Shown piece after piece: positions 1 through 8,423 of a DNA stretch of 64,000 bases. The position numbers and the translations under genes were made by a program. Source of the DNA: Escherichia phage vB_EcoM_ASO2A; sequence record MZ726793.1; one strand, given 5' to 3'. How positions within the stretch are numbered: position 1 is the stretch's first letter; every line of letters begins with the position of its first letter. Under the pieces are notes generated by a model, which saw only the letters and a program-made list of their open reading frames with translations, was not told the origin of the DNA and made no database searches.

Positions 1-26
1 GGGCGCACCAAGCGCCCTTTCTTTTT
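1..26 (+). terminator. Rho-independent terminator (GGGCGC-ACCAA-GCGCCC + T-run)
   Basis: GC hairpin followed by TTTCTTTTT; near-identical copies at 3983 and 5121. Confidence 0.6.
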
Positions 27-47
27 ACATGTAGAGGATAAACAAAA

Positions 48-233
48 ATGACTTTAAACGAGCTTAAAACAGCCTATAACGCAACATTAAAAATAGCCGT
101 GCGTTACCGTGACGAATACGGTTTTATTGCGCAGGGTGTGATCCTGGGCTTTTCTGACGATGGTTTGATCTATGTTGATGCACATCACAACAAGGTTAAA
201 CCTGAAAACGTCATTAGCATAAAATATCTTTAA
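48..233 (+). CDS. hypothetical protein
   Basis: 61-aa ORF; SD GAGGA upstream of ATG. Confidence 0.5.
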   Translation: MTLNELKTAYNATLKIAVRYRDEYGFIAQGVILGFSDDGLIYVDAHHNKVKPENVISIKYL

Positions 234-239
234 AAACGC

Positions 240-267
240 TTGACACCATAACCAGGTAGGATAAGAT
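240..267 (+). promoter_or_regulatory. sigma70-like early promoter with 5' hairpin
   Basis: TTGACA, 16-nt spacer, TAAGAT; then TAGGGCGG and hairpin 281-295. Confidence 0.55.
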
Positions 268-318
268 GTATCACATAGGGCGGGAATAGTTCCCGACCAC
301 ATAAAAGAGAAAAACATT

Positions 319-531
319 ATGACCACTATCACAACAAAACAAGAAAAAATTATTACAGACATTGCCGCAGTAGCCGCTATTGCTATTATCGGTACCTACT
401 ATGACACCGCGCGTCCTTCCTCCTTGCATGAGATCGCCGCCGTTGCATCAGTTGGCGTGCTGTTTTACGTTGGTAAACGTTATTTATCACCAATGATTAA
501 CAAGCTGACACCGTGGAAAAATAAAGGTTGA
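319..531 (+). CDS. hypothetical protein (hydrophobic)
   Basis: 70-aa ORF; A-rich RBS; hydrophobic stretch IAAVAAIAIIG. Confidence 0.5.
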   Translation: MTTITTKQEKIITDIAAVAAIAIIGTYYDTARPSSLHEIAAVASVGVLFYVGKRYLSPMINKLTPWKNKG

Positions 532-555
532 TCCTGTTTTACATTGTGTTATAGT
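528..555 (+). promoter_or_regulatory. sigma70-like early promoter with 5' hairpin
   Basis: TTGATC, 16 nt, TATAGT; TAGGGCGG; hairpin GCGGCA-ATGG-TGCCGC 567-582. Confidence 0.5.
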
Positions 556-602
556 TATCGTGTAGGGCGGCAATGGTGCCGCGCCCCTTTGAGGATGCAA
601 TC

Positions 603-887
603 ATGAGTAAAGCTAACACCGTGCTAATGTTTTCCCTGATTAATGATCCCGCTTACTTGTCCAACATGACGCAGGAGGGTAACACATTAACGGCAACATT
701 CACCAATAAGCTTGACCGAGTGATCATCATCTCACTGAAAACAGTTAGTAAAGGCTTTTACTCGTTAGCTTATCATTGGATCACTGATACCGACGAGACA
801 AGCCAGGACTATAGCGCCCCTTTCCCTGAATCAATGGCACGGGAGATCATCGCCGCCGTTGTAAATGATGGTTTGTTTACTGCATAA
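603..887 (+). CDS. hypothetical protein
   Basis: 94 aa; start moved from 573 to ATG 603 (SD GAGGA) because the 5' hairpin overlaps 573. Confidence 0.5.
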   Translation: MSKANTVLMFSLINDPAYLSNMTQEGNTLTATFTNKLDRVIIISLKTVSKGFYSLAYHWITDTDETSQDYSAPFPESMAREIIAAVVNDGLFTA

Positions 888-904
888 ATAATTTAGAAAA
901 AGGC

Positions 905-932
905 TTGCAATCATTTTGAGATAGTGTATATT
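905..932 (+). promoter_or_regulatory. sigma70-like early promoter with 5' hairpin
   Basis: TTGCAA, 16 nt, TATATT; TAGGGCGG; hairpin 949-961. Confidence 0.5.
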
Positions 933-984
933 TAATTCATAGGGCGGCGGGAATAGTTCCCAAAGCAAACGAGAGGATTACACG

Positions 985-1104
985 ATGAGCAAGTACACAG
1001 TAGAATACACGGTAGAGAATCCGGTAGTATCCGAAGGTAAAAAGATGACATTTGCCATCAGTATAATCGCTTTCGTTGTCACTATCTTATCAATCATCTT
1101 ATAA
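985..1104 (+). CDS. small membrane protein (39 aa)
   Basis: ORF below track cutoff; SD GAGAGGA; one hydrophobic helix. Confidence 0.45.
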   Translation: MSKYTVEYTVENPVVSEGKKMTFAISIIAFVVTILSIIL

Positions 1105-1114
1105 GGTGCACACC

Positions 1115-1276
1115 ATGAAAATAACAGACATTATCAAAGAGATCGCCCTTGCCGCTGGCGTTGAAGTCGAGGAAGTGATCGCGCTCAATCTTACAGAAAA
1201 CGATCTGCGCAACTATGAAGCGGAAAGCGTGAAAGCAAGCGGCGCGGTCCTGGCATATAATCCGGCTAACAAATAG
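1115..1276 (+). CDS. hypothetical protein
   Basis: 53 aa from internal ATG 1115 with SD AAGGTG (track ORF 1076..1276). Confidence 0.45.
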   Translation: MKITDIIKEIALAAGVEVEEVIALNLTENDLRNYEAESVKASGAVLAYNPANK

Positions 1277-1277
1277 T

Positions 1278-1305
1278 TTGACAAGCTGAATCAACCTGAT
1301 AAGAT
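1278..1305 (+). promoter_or_regulatory. sigma70-like early promoter with 5' hairpin
   Basis: TTGACA, 16 nt, TAAGAT; TAGGGGCG; hairpin GGGGCG-ACAAG-CGCCCC 1316-1332. Confidence 0.55.
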
Positions 1306-1356
1306 GTATCACATAGGGGCGACAAGCGCCCCGCCTAACAGAAGAGAGAAAAAATC

Positions 1357-1635
1357 ATGACCATCGTTAAATTAACAACCGAAGAAATGAAAACAATGTT
1401 AACCACTAATTTACAAAATTGGAAAATTGGTGTTGACGTTGAAACAGTGTGCAAGTTGAACGACAAACTAACACCGGACGACATTGAAACGATCATCCGT
1501 GCAGATTTCTATGATGCTTTATACGATGATTCCACAGTCCTTGAAACGATGTTGGATAACGCTTGGATCAATCCCGATTTGGCGGCTTATGGTCATCTTG
1601 CCTTTGAAGCCATCCATAATGTTTATAATCGTTAA
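1357..1635 (+). CDS. hypothetical protein
   Basis: 92-aa ORF; RBS GAGAGAAAAAATC-ATG. Confidence 0.55.
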   Translation: MTIVKLTTEEMKTMLTTNLQNWKIGVDVETVCKLNDKLTPDDIETIIRADFYDALYDDSTVLETMLDNAWINPDLAAYGHLAFEAIHNVYNR

Positions 1636-1645
1636 GGGGGATAAC

Positions 1646-1756
1646 ATGAATCCGAAAGATATGCAAGCATGGAAAGGGTACGACGATCTAAGCGCCTTGC
1701 GCAATAAGTCAAGCCGTAACTTTAGACGGTTGGAAGCAAAGAAAAAGAAAAAATAG
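1646..1756 (+). CDS. small basic protein (36 aa)
   Basis: SD AGGGGG 7 nt before ATG 1646; C-terminal part of track ORF 1484..1756. Confidence 0.4.
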   Translation: MNPKDMQAWKGYDDLSALRNKSSRNFRRLEAKKKKK

Positions 1757-1757
1757 T

Positions 1758-1785
1758 TTGACAAGTCCGCGTAGTCTGGTAATAT
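1758..1785 (+). promoter_or_regulatory. sigma70-like early promoter with 5' hairpin
   Basis: TTGACA, 16 nt, TAATAT; TAGGGCGG; hairpin 1798-1813. Confidence 0.55.
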
Positions 1786-1834
1786 GTATCTTGTAGGGCG
1801 GCAATGGTGCCGCTCACAAGAAGAGAGAAAAATC

Positions 1835-2119
1835 ATGAAAATTACAAAAAGCCTAACTAATTATGCAGCACGTCGCGGATTATGCTTAACCGTTGAAAAC
1901 TTAGGGAAAGAAGACTTTTTGTGTTTTTGGGAGCTTGAGAATGATTGCGAGTGGATGTTTTCTTATTCTATCTGCGAAGATCAAAACGGTTGTTTGTTAA
2001 CCTGGCGCGGTAATATCTATTTACCGGAAGAAATTAAAGAAGAGTTACCAGGTACGATCATGACAGAGAGACAGCTTAAAGAAGTGATCAATTTTGTAGG
2101 GCAAAACATTAAAAAATAA
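1835..2119 (+). CDS. hypothetical protein
   Basis: 94 aa from ATG 1835 downstream of the 5' hairpin. Confidence 0.5.
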   Translation: MKITKSLTNYAARRGLCLTVENLGKEDFLCFWELENDCEWMFSYSICEDQNGCLLTWRGNIYLPEEIKEELPGTIMTERQLKEVINFVGQNIKK

Positions 2120-2120
2120 T

Positions 2121-2149
2121 TTGACAGTAGGCAAACAACGTAGTAAAGT
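2121..2149 (+). promoter_or_regulatory. sigma70-like early promoter with 5' hairpin
   Basis: TTGACA, 17 nt, TAAAGT; TAGAGCGG; hairpin 2161-2182. Confidence 0.5.
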
Positions 2150-2204
2150 TTATTACATAGAGCGGCGGAATGGTCCACCGCTCACAACAGAAGAGAAACA
2201 AATC

Positions 2205-2375
2205 ATGATCCCGACTATGTTTTATGTATCGCGCAAAGGTCACAATATTTTTTGGTCTGAAGATTTAAATGAAGCTATGACGTTTGCCCATGATCGTGTT
2301 GCTATCGGTGGCGTTAACATCACTGTAACCGATGAAAACGGCATTGAATACTATAACGGCGACGATGAAGAATAA
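2205..2375 (+). CDS. hypothetical protein
   Basis: 56 aa from ATG 2205 downstream of the hairpin. Confidence 0.45.
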   Translation: MIPTMFYVSRKGHNIFWSEDLNEAMTFAHDRVAIGGVNITVTDENGIEYYNGDDEE

Positions 2376-2423
2376 TTAATGAGGCGGGGGGAGTATTCCC
2401 CGCCGTCAATAAAGAGGTAAATC

Positions 2424-2693
2424 ATGAAAATATCATTAGACGTTGCAATCAAGGCCATCGAATCCGGTTACATCCTGGTAAAAGATGATAAGGCTAAAAC
2501 CGTGCACCACGTTAACAAGGAAACAGGCGAAAGCATGATCACATATAAAGCCGCCTACTTTCTCCAATCAGTAGCAGATCCGCGCGTACAACGCCAGGTT
2601 ACAGCGGCTATTGCTAAAAAATTATGTGCTTTACAGGGCACAAGTTTTAACGAGATCGCCCCGTGTTTTGACTGGTCGAGCTTGAAAAAATAA
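2424..2693 (+). CDS. hypothetical protein
   Basis: 89-aa ORF; RBS AAGAGGTAAATC-ATG; GC hairpin 2383-2404 upstream. Confidence 0.55.
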   Translation: MKISLDVAIKAIESGYILVKDDKAKTVHHVNKETGESMITYKAAYFLQSVADPRVQRQVTAAIAKKLCALQGTSFNEIAPCFDWSSLKK

Positions 2694-2694
2694 T

Positions 2695-2722
2695 TTGACA
2701 ACAATTATAAATCGGGTAGAAT
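2695..2722 (+). promoter_or_regulatory. sigma70-like early promoter with 5' hairpin
   Basis: TTGACA, 16 nt, TAGAAT; TAGGGCGG; hairpin 2733-2756. Confidence 0.55.
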
Positions 2723-2774
2723 GTATTTCGTAGGGCGGGGCAATAAGGCAACGCCCATTAATGAGGGTAGAATC

Positions 2775-2879
2775 ATGTTAGAGAAAATTTTCACGGTCGT
2801 AGTAGTGGGCCTGGCGTTATCGGTTGGAGTGGTTGCAACTATGGCTAACATGATCCTATCTTCCCACGGTATTGGATAA
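2775..2879 (+). CDS. small membrane protein (34 aa)
   Basis: ORF below track cutoff; single hydrophobic helix. Confidence 0.45.
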   Translation: MLEKIFTVVVVGLALSVGVVATMANMILSSHGIG

Positions 2880-2889
2880 GGTGAATCAA

Positions 2890-3105
2890 ATGATCACGAA
2901 TAAGACAGGTAAAACAGAATTTTTACGCGCCTTGCAGATCGGCAAGCCTGAGATCTGGCATTGCACTAAATCCGCGCATAATGAAATGAAAGATTTTACC
3001 GCTACTTTACAACGTGTTAAAATATCTATCACACAGAAAAAAGCCTTGTTAGTAGTAGAAAACGAGATCCCGCAAACTATTATTATTGTCGAGCGTACAG
3101 CATGA
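2890..3105 (+). CDS. hypothetical protein
   Basis: 71 aa from ATG 2890 with SD AAGGTG. Confidence 0.5.
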   Translation: MITNKTGKTEFLRALQIGKPEIWHCTKSAHNEMKDFTATLQRVKISITQKKALLVVENEIPQTIIIVERTA

Positions 3106-3488
3106 AAACAGAAATCATTATTGAAATCATCAACGGTTATAAAGAAGCCTTTATTTTTGCTGAATCAGCAAGGGATCATGAAGGTAATTTTATTGATAAC
3201 TTAGACGATTATGATTTTTCTCCTAGCGCGGACGAACGGATCGCCCAGGATGTAACAGCCTTTATTAATGCTAATCTTGCCGCTATCTCTGAGGCAATGA
3301 GCGACGGCGCAACAGCCAACCAGATCGGGAATGATTTACATTTTACCCGTAACGGTCACGGCGCAGGCTTTTGGGATCGCCCTGAAATATACACCACTAA
3401 CACGGCGAACCGCCTAACCAATGCAGCTAAGTTTATGCCGAACGTGTCGGCTTACATTGGTGAAGATAATTTGATTTATATTGAATAA
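3102..3488 (+). CDS. hypothetical protein
   Basis: 128-aa ORF; ATGA start/stop overlap with upstream gene. Confidence 0.55.
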   Translation: MKTEIIIEIINGYKEAFIFAESARDHEGNFIDNLDDYDFSPSADERIAQDVTAFINANLAAISEAMSDGATANQIGNDLHFTRNGHGAGFWDRPEIYTTNTANRLTNAAKFMPNVSAYIGEDNLIYIE

Positions 3489-3494
3489 AAAGTA

Positions 3495-3522
3495 TTGACA
3501 CCGATCCCCAATATGGTACTAT
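3495..3522 (+). promoter_or_regulatory. sigma70-like early promoter with 5' hairpin
   Basis: TTGACA, 16 nt, TACTAT; TAGGCGGG; hairpin 3533-3553. Confidence 0.55.
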
Positions 3523-3576
3523 TTACCACGTAGGCGGGAAATGGTTTCCCGCCAGGTAATCAAAAAGGTAAATACT

Positions 3577-3966
3577 ATGCGCAACCTGGTTTCTGTTTCT
3601 AACGTTGAAAAATTTCAATCTTTACAGGGTATCGTTAACAACGTAGCGCCTTTTTTAGTCAACGGCTTGATTGCAAAGATGAAAAATAAACATCATGCGG
3701 CATGGTCTGCTTACTGCTTTGATAATGATGAAAAAGCGGCTGAAATGATGCTAAATATGCTGTTAGACAGTGTAGAATCATCTTTACCGGAAAACATCGC
3801 AGAAGAGATCACCTATCGTTATAATATGGCGATCACTTACCAGGAGGTTGCGCAATTTAATATGATGGACGATGACGAACAACAGGATCAGGAAATGTTT
3901 TGGGAGTATGCTGATCGTCAATCGGCTTTTGATGAAAAATTAGCGATGTATTATAACGAATATTAA
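3577..3966 (+). CDS. hypothetical protein
   Basis: 129 aa from ATG 3577 downstream of the hairpin. Confidence 0.55.
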   Translation: MRNLVSVSNVEKFQSLQGIVNNVAPFLVNGLIAKMKNKHHAAWSAYCFDNDEKAAEMMLNMLLDSVESSLPENIAEEITYRYNMAITYQEVAQFNMMDDDEQQDQEMFWEYADRQSAFDEKLAMYYNEY

Positions 3967-3982
3967 TACACGGTAAAAGAAA

Positions 3983-4006
3983 GGGGCGCACTAAGCGCCC
4001 TTTTTT
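3983..4006 (+). terminator. Rho-independent terminator
   Basis: GGGCGC-ACTAA-GCGCCC followed by TTTTTT. Confidence 0.65.
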
Positions 4007-4351
4007 GTATTCTTTTTTCACGATGGAAACAACACGTAAAGAATAGGCGTAAAGGTGGCGTAAAACCATCTAAAACCGACTGTAACCGCTTAAACAAGGT
4101 AGGAATGATTAATCACCTTACCAGGATGAAAAAGCCGTTATAAAGCTATCTAGAGCGTTTAAAGCACATAGGAAATAATTTGCTTTTTATCTTGCCTTTT
4201 ACCCTGCTTTTGATTATTATTATGGAACGGGCGGCACCTGGAAGCAGGGGAAGATAATCACCGGAAGACCCCGCTATATATTGATAGCTAACATCTATCA
4301 AACAACAAAACATCAAAGAGATAAACTATCAAATCTTTACAATCCTACCTA

Positions 4352-4380
4352 TTGACACCGGATCACGCTTACATTATCAT
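4352..4380 (+). promoter_or_regulatory. sigma70-like early promoter with 5' hairpin
   Basis: TTGACA, 17 nt, TATCAT; TAGGGCGG; hairpin 4392-4410. Confidence 0.55.
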
Positions 4381-4428
4381 TTATCACGTAGGGCGGGAAT
4401 GTTTCCCGCCTGATTTAGGAGTCATATC

Positions 4429-4662
4429 ATGATCGAACAAATTAAAAGCACTAAACCAAATGTTAACGGTAATGTTTCTCACTTTATCGGGGATAATGAA
4501 AGAGGTACACCGTACGCCGCCGTAACCGTTCAACCGAACGGGGATTATTGGTTTACCGTGTACGGATCTTACTCTTTTGGACGTTCGGCACATGATAAGA
4601 TCTTGCAAGTGGTTAAGCCTACTGGGAAGAATATCACAGCAGAAAAATTTTATAAAAAATAA
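4429..4662 (+). CDS. hypothetical protein
   Basis: 77-aa ORF; SD AGGAG 7 nt upstream. Confidence 0.55.
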   Translation: MIEQIKSTKPNVNGNVSHFIGDNERGTPYAAVTVQPNGDYWFTVYGSYSFGRSAHDKILQVVKPTGKNITAEKFYKK

Positions 4663-4663
4663 C

Positions 4664-4692
4664 TTGCTTTATAGCTCCTGTTAACTTATAGT
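4664..4692 (+). promoter_or_regulatory. sigma70-like early promoter
   Basis: TTGCTT, 17 nt, TATAGT; TAGGGCGA downstream. Confidence 0.45.
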
Positions 4693-4741
4693 TATTGCGT
4701 AGGGCGAGCAATACAGCAAGCCCACAAAGAGGAAAATAAAA

Positions 4742-5110
4742 ATGAGCAAATCAGCAATTAAAGCACTTGAAAAAGCACAAGAAGTGATCGCAACGTCAAC
4801 CACTGGCGCAAAGGTTAATCTTGTTGGTTATCTGACAGATGAAACTATCCGTAAAAATTGGCGTAATGCTGATTTACTGGCTTGCTTATTGATTAATAGT
4901 GTCGCTAATGCTTTCCAGTGCGAAACAGCCGAGAGCCTGGAGGAAAACTTGTTTGATAATATGGATCAAGCCATTGAAACCTATATACAATCAAACATGG
5001 ATAGCTGGAACAGTAAAACATGGCCCGACAATTTACGCGATACAACTGATCAACTGATCCGCCTTGCCCTGATGGTTGAACGCGATAACGTTCACAACCG
5101 CACAAAGTAA
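4742..5110 (+). CDS. hypothetical protein
   Basis: 122-aa ORF; RBS AAGAGGAAAATAAAA-ATG. Confidence 0.55.
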   Translation: MSKSAIKALEKAQEVIATSTTGAKVNLVGYLTDETIRKNWRNADLLACLLINSVANAFQCETAESLEENLFDNMDQAIETYIQSNMDSWNSKTWPDNLRDTTDQLIRLALMVERDNVHNRTK

Positions 5111-5120
5111 GATTATACAA

Positions 5121-5148
5121 GGGGCGCACTAAGCGCCCTTTCTTTTTG
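5121..5148 (+). terminator. Rho-independent terminator
   Basis: GGGCGC-ACTAA-GCGCCC followed by TTTCTTTTT. Confidence 0.65.
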
Positions 5149-6659
5149 CCTAAATAATGTTGATAGATTCCGCCTATGGAAAACCGACACAGAACAAAAC
5201 TGAATAAATAGCGGTATCGAGCTAATCAACCATTAAACGAATAACCATACCTCCCAGGGTAACAGGCTGTTAGAGAGCCATTTAGAGCGGTTAAAATCGA
5301 TCAACAACCAACAACAAACCATCAAAAACACCCTTTTACCTCCTTTCTAGTGCAATGATAACCATTATCATCTATCCATGTTTATCTATGCAATATAAGT
5401 GCATAACTATAATGTTGATAATAGTTCGCAACAACTAACTAACCAACAACCTAAAACAATAAGCAAACTAATCATAATCAAAGGAATAATAGCAAGATGA
5501 TTGATAACGACAAACAATCAAACTATGATGAATACTAAGCAAGATAACGATAATACGACAAAACAACCAACTAACGAACAATAACAAACGAAACCATTAA
5601 AATAATAACTATTAGCAAAATAGTGCCTGAATGAAATCATTACAAAACGAATCATTCACAGGATCATCATTAGCACGCTATGCCGGACACATAGCGAGCT
5701 AATAATAAGCCAACTACACCCCAACAATCATAACCATCGGTGATGGTTATTTCTTGTTACTGCGTAGCTTGCAATAATTGCAAGCGTAATACGCTTACAC
5801 TTATTGCGCTGGCTTATTATTAGCATTATATGTAATTACCAAGATCATAACATTAGCGCAATAACAATAATCATTGTGGTAATTACAAGATGAAATCATT
5901 AGCAAGATGAATAATTGCACGTAGCAACATGAGCGAATAGCGACAGGTTGCATAGTGTGCACATAGATGTACACGCAGTGTATAAACATACAAGAAAATA
6001 AAGGCTAATCTTTCGGGGGCGAATACTATCGCGTAGCGATATGTTGAGCATCTTCTCTTAAACGTAAATAAAATCAGAAAATTCTTGATTTATTTTAGTT
6101 TTTATGTTAATAAACGTTTAAATAATAATCATTCTCATATAAATAATAGTCTGCTTGTCATGAGCGGGATCAGTTGACAATGTTCCGTCATATGATGAAG
6201 TTGCCAAACCATTGATAAATAAGTGTTTGTGTGATTTATAATCAAGTGGCCCACCTTGTCGCTATGTTGGCATGAGCCTTGCATAAGTCCTTGAATACGA
6301 ATGATAATTATTCTCATTCTCATGATATTTGGGAATTGTCGCTGCGTGGACCTGACGGCCCGAAAATTCGCGTTAAGCACTTCTTACGTATGCGCCATGA
6401 TTTTTGCCATATGATATTGATTCTATTAGATATTCTTGCCATGATTGCCATGAAACAGGGTGTCCCGAAATAATCTCTCCCCGTAGATATTTTGGGTTAC
6501 TTTTTATACAAGAGTGGGGTGTCAAAAATAATCGGTATATATGGGATAATTGATAGGAATCCCCTATGATAATTCGATTGTAATTCCCTGAGATTGATCG
6601 TATGATGTTGGTGATTGATGATTGCCATGAAAGATGGCTAACGATGAGAGGAGATTATC
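5141..6659. repeat. 1.5 kb non-coding A-rich region with short direct repeats
   Basis: No ORF with RBS; top strand A-rich and G-poor; repeated ATTAGCAAGATGA, GATTGCCATGAAA and ATCATTCTCAT motifs. Confidence 0.5.
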
Positions 6660-7034
6660 ATGCAAGAGAGTAAAAATGTTCCGTTGAGTAGTGCAACATT
6701 GCTTCGCTTCTATAAAGCATGGATTGCCAACTATCCTGCAATGAATCGCACAACGAGTGGCTTATGTGGTTGTCTGGTGGATTATGTAGATGATTTTGTT
6801 GGTGAGACAACTAGAGAAGAAGATAGAAAATGGCGGGATAGTTTGTTGGACCGTTTGAAATATGAAATGAGGAAACAATTTACATGTGCAGGGCTGGACT
6901 ACAATCTTCCGTTCAATGCAGATTGCATGGATTACCTTTCAGAGTGTATAAACTTGGCGTGTCATACCAACACGTTACGTCTTCAATGGGTGAAAGACAG
7001 AATTGAAGATGCAAATAATGCTTGCATTGAATAA
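6660..7034 (+). CDS. hypothetical protein, paralog family A (GLC...WVKDR)
   Basis: 124 aa; SD GAGGAG; shares FY..W, GLCxxL, PF and R.xWVKDR motifs with five other ORFs. Confidence 0.6.
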   Translation: MQESKNVPLSSATLLRFYKAWIANYPAMNRTTSGLCGCLVDYVDDFVGETTREEDRKWRDSLLDRLKYEMRKQFTCAGLDYNLPFNADCMDYLSECINLACHTNTLRLQWVKDRIEDANNACIE

Positions 7035-7093
7035 AGATGTTTGTATAATGGTTTGCATACCGCGCATAACAGATAGCCAATGAGGAGATTGAA

Positions 7094-7303
7094 ATGTCAA
7101 ATATGAAAACTGTATCCTTGTATTTAGCTAACACTGATCGTGTGCACACCCTTGCTAACGCAAGTCGTGTACTCGTGCAGTTTCGAAACTTCGCACCGTC
7201 CGTTGTGACAGGTAGTGAAACGTGTGTTATCGATTTCATTAACGAATACTTCCGAGGGAATCCGGTTGGTCGTTATTTCATTAAGGGTCTGAAGGATGCA
7301 TAA
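7094..7303 (+). CDS. hypothetical protein
   Basis: 69-aa ORF; SD GAGGAG. Confidence 0.55.
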   Translation: MSNMKTVSLYLANTDRVHTLANASRVLVQFRNFAPSVVTGSETCVIDFINEYFRGNPVGRYFIKGLKDA

Positions 7304-7304
7304 T

Positions 7305-7526
7305 ATGAAACGCATGAAAATTCGTATTGAGAATGATGGTGGTTATAAAGGATTGGCACATGCAAAATTTCCACTTGTGCTGGAAGCTACGGTGGAATAC
7401 AGTGGGCTTGCTCATGTGCGATTCTCGAAGATGATGGAAGTGCAGGAATGGTTTTGGGACGAGATAGATGCACGAGAAGGAGAAGATTATGTTTTCTTTC
7501 CTCACGAATATGAAATTGTCTATTAA
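7305..7526 (+). CDS. hypothetical protein, paralog family B
   Basis: 73 aa; SD AAGGA; C-terminal EW..W..EG.DYVFF shared with 11243..11464. Confidence 0.55.
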   Translation: MKRMKIRIENDGGYKGLAHAKFPLVLEATVEYSGLAHVRFSKMMEVQEWFWDEIDAREGEDYVFFPHEYEIVY

Positions 7527-7538
7527 AGGTTGTGTGCA

Positions 7539-7778
7539 ATGATCACACCACAGCAAAACGAAGCAGCAATGGATCTTCTTGATAGTTTGTATTTCGATAA
7601 TTGGTATTCTGAATGTGAATGGATGAATATGCAAACTCTGAAAGAGAAGACAAAAGCGTTGATTACAGTAGATCAATTTCTTGCAGAGACGGAAAGAATG
7701 AATTATGATATGGCATCTCGCGCACGACGCGTTTCCATTTTCAATAAAATGTTAGCATTATGGGGAGGTAGAAAATGA
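7539..7778 (+). CDS. hypothetical protein
   Basis: 79 aa from ATG 7539. Confidence 0.5.
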   Translation: MITPQQNEAAMDLLDSLYFDNWYSECEWMNMQTLKEKTKALITVDQFLAETERMNYDMASRARRVSIFNKMLALWGGRK

Positions 7779-8236
7779 GACAATTCACTATACTGGCAGC
7801 TTATGTGCAATGTGTTCACGATTATGTTAGTGCTCATACAGGTTTGCTGGAAGTTAATAGTAAAATTGAAGGCAATATGGGTACTGTCTATGTGCAACAT
7901 ACTTTATCCAATGTGCCGTTTAAAGTGTTCACTGTTGTAGCTGCCGATTACAATCGTGTAGATGTACGTTTCTTGGATCATAATTTTCGTAACGCACTAG
8001 ATAATATCGAAGATTATCTTCCCGTGAAACCTTTGTCATTTCCACCAAGTCGTGCAAATAATGTAGTGACAAACCTTAATGAAAGGAATGTGGCTATGCA
8101 CAAAAAAGTCCGTCAACTGAAAACGCTGATGGAAATGCAAGAAGAGATTGAAAAAGAACTAAAAGAAGATTTTGGTATGCTTCCAAAAGACGCTTTGAAA
8201 TGGTATGATGAACTAAGAGGAGAAAGTTATGAATAA
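7775..8236 (+). CDS. hypothetical protein
   Basis: 153-aa ORF; SD GGAGG; overlaps neighbours by 4 and 8 nt. Confidence 0.55.
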   Translation: MRQFTILAAYVQCVHDYVSAHTGLLEVNSKIEGNMGTVYVQHTLSNVPFKVFTVVAADYNRVDVRFLDHNFRNALDNIEDYLPVKPLSFPPSRANNVVTNLNERNVAMHKKVRQLKTLMEMQEEIEKELKEDFGMLPKDALKWYDELRGESYE

Positions 8237-8423
8237 AGGAACTACTGTATATTTAGTAACAAAGAATACCCCAGGCTGGAGCCAATGCAGCACTGTCCCT
8301 TACAAGATCTGTGCAACATTAGAACTAGCACAACGTGCAGAAGCAGAAGTGGATGCCATGCAATACAGCTATGGTGAGATCATTCCTTTTACTCTTGAAC
8401 AAGAAGGAGCATACAATGTTTAA
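8229..8423 (+). CDS. hypothetical protein (tandem paralog D)
   Basis: 64 aa; SD AGAGGAG; shares a W.VV...F.S.EEA motif with the C-termini of the next two ORFs. Confidence 0.55.
   Translation: MNKGTTVYLVTKNTPGWSQCSTVPYKICATLELAQRAEAEVDAMQYSYGEIIPFTLEQEGAYNV

Noticed and set aside
281-295. GC hairpins after the early promoters read as terminators of the upstream gene
   Set aside because: They lie downstream of the promoter -10 and have no U-tract; true terminators with T-runs occur separately at 1-26, 3983-4006 and 5121-5148.
240-300. Possibility that the conserved TCACATAGGGCGG elements are promoters for a T7-like single-subunit RNA polymerase
   Set aside because: Each copy has a well-spaced TTGACA and TAnnAT upstream, which fits host sigma70 recognition; the conserved block is better read as the start region and 5' hairpin. 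The resemblance to CACTATAGGGAGA is noted but unsupported.
1484-1756. 90-aa track ORF overlapping the end of gene 1357..1635
   Set aside because: Its upstream two-thirds overlaps a better-supported gene in another frame; only the part from ATG 1646 with its own SD was kept.
87-1836. Minus-strand track ORFs in the early region (87..362, 1094..1312, 1519..1836)
   Set aside because: Antisense to promoter-driven plus-strand genes, span promoters and hairpins, and lack ribosome-binding sites.
2121-2204. N-terminal extensions of track ORFs that start inside a promoter or hairpin (for example 573, 1784, 2121, 3541, 42407)
   Set aside because: They would start within the promoter or 5' hairpin using TTG/GTG or an ATG without RBS; trimmed to the first ATG with a Shine-Dalgarno sequence.
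5801-6473. Track ORFs 5801..5989(-), 6135..6380(-) and 6279..6473(+) in the A-rich region
   Set aside because: No ribosome-binding sites, low-complexity translations and mutual overlap; region treated as non-coding.
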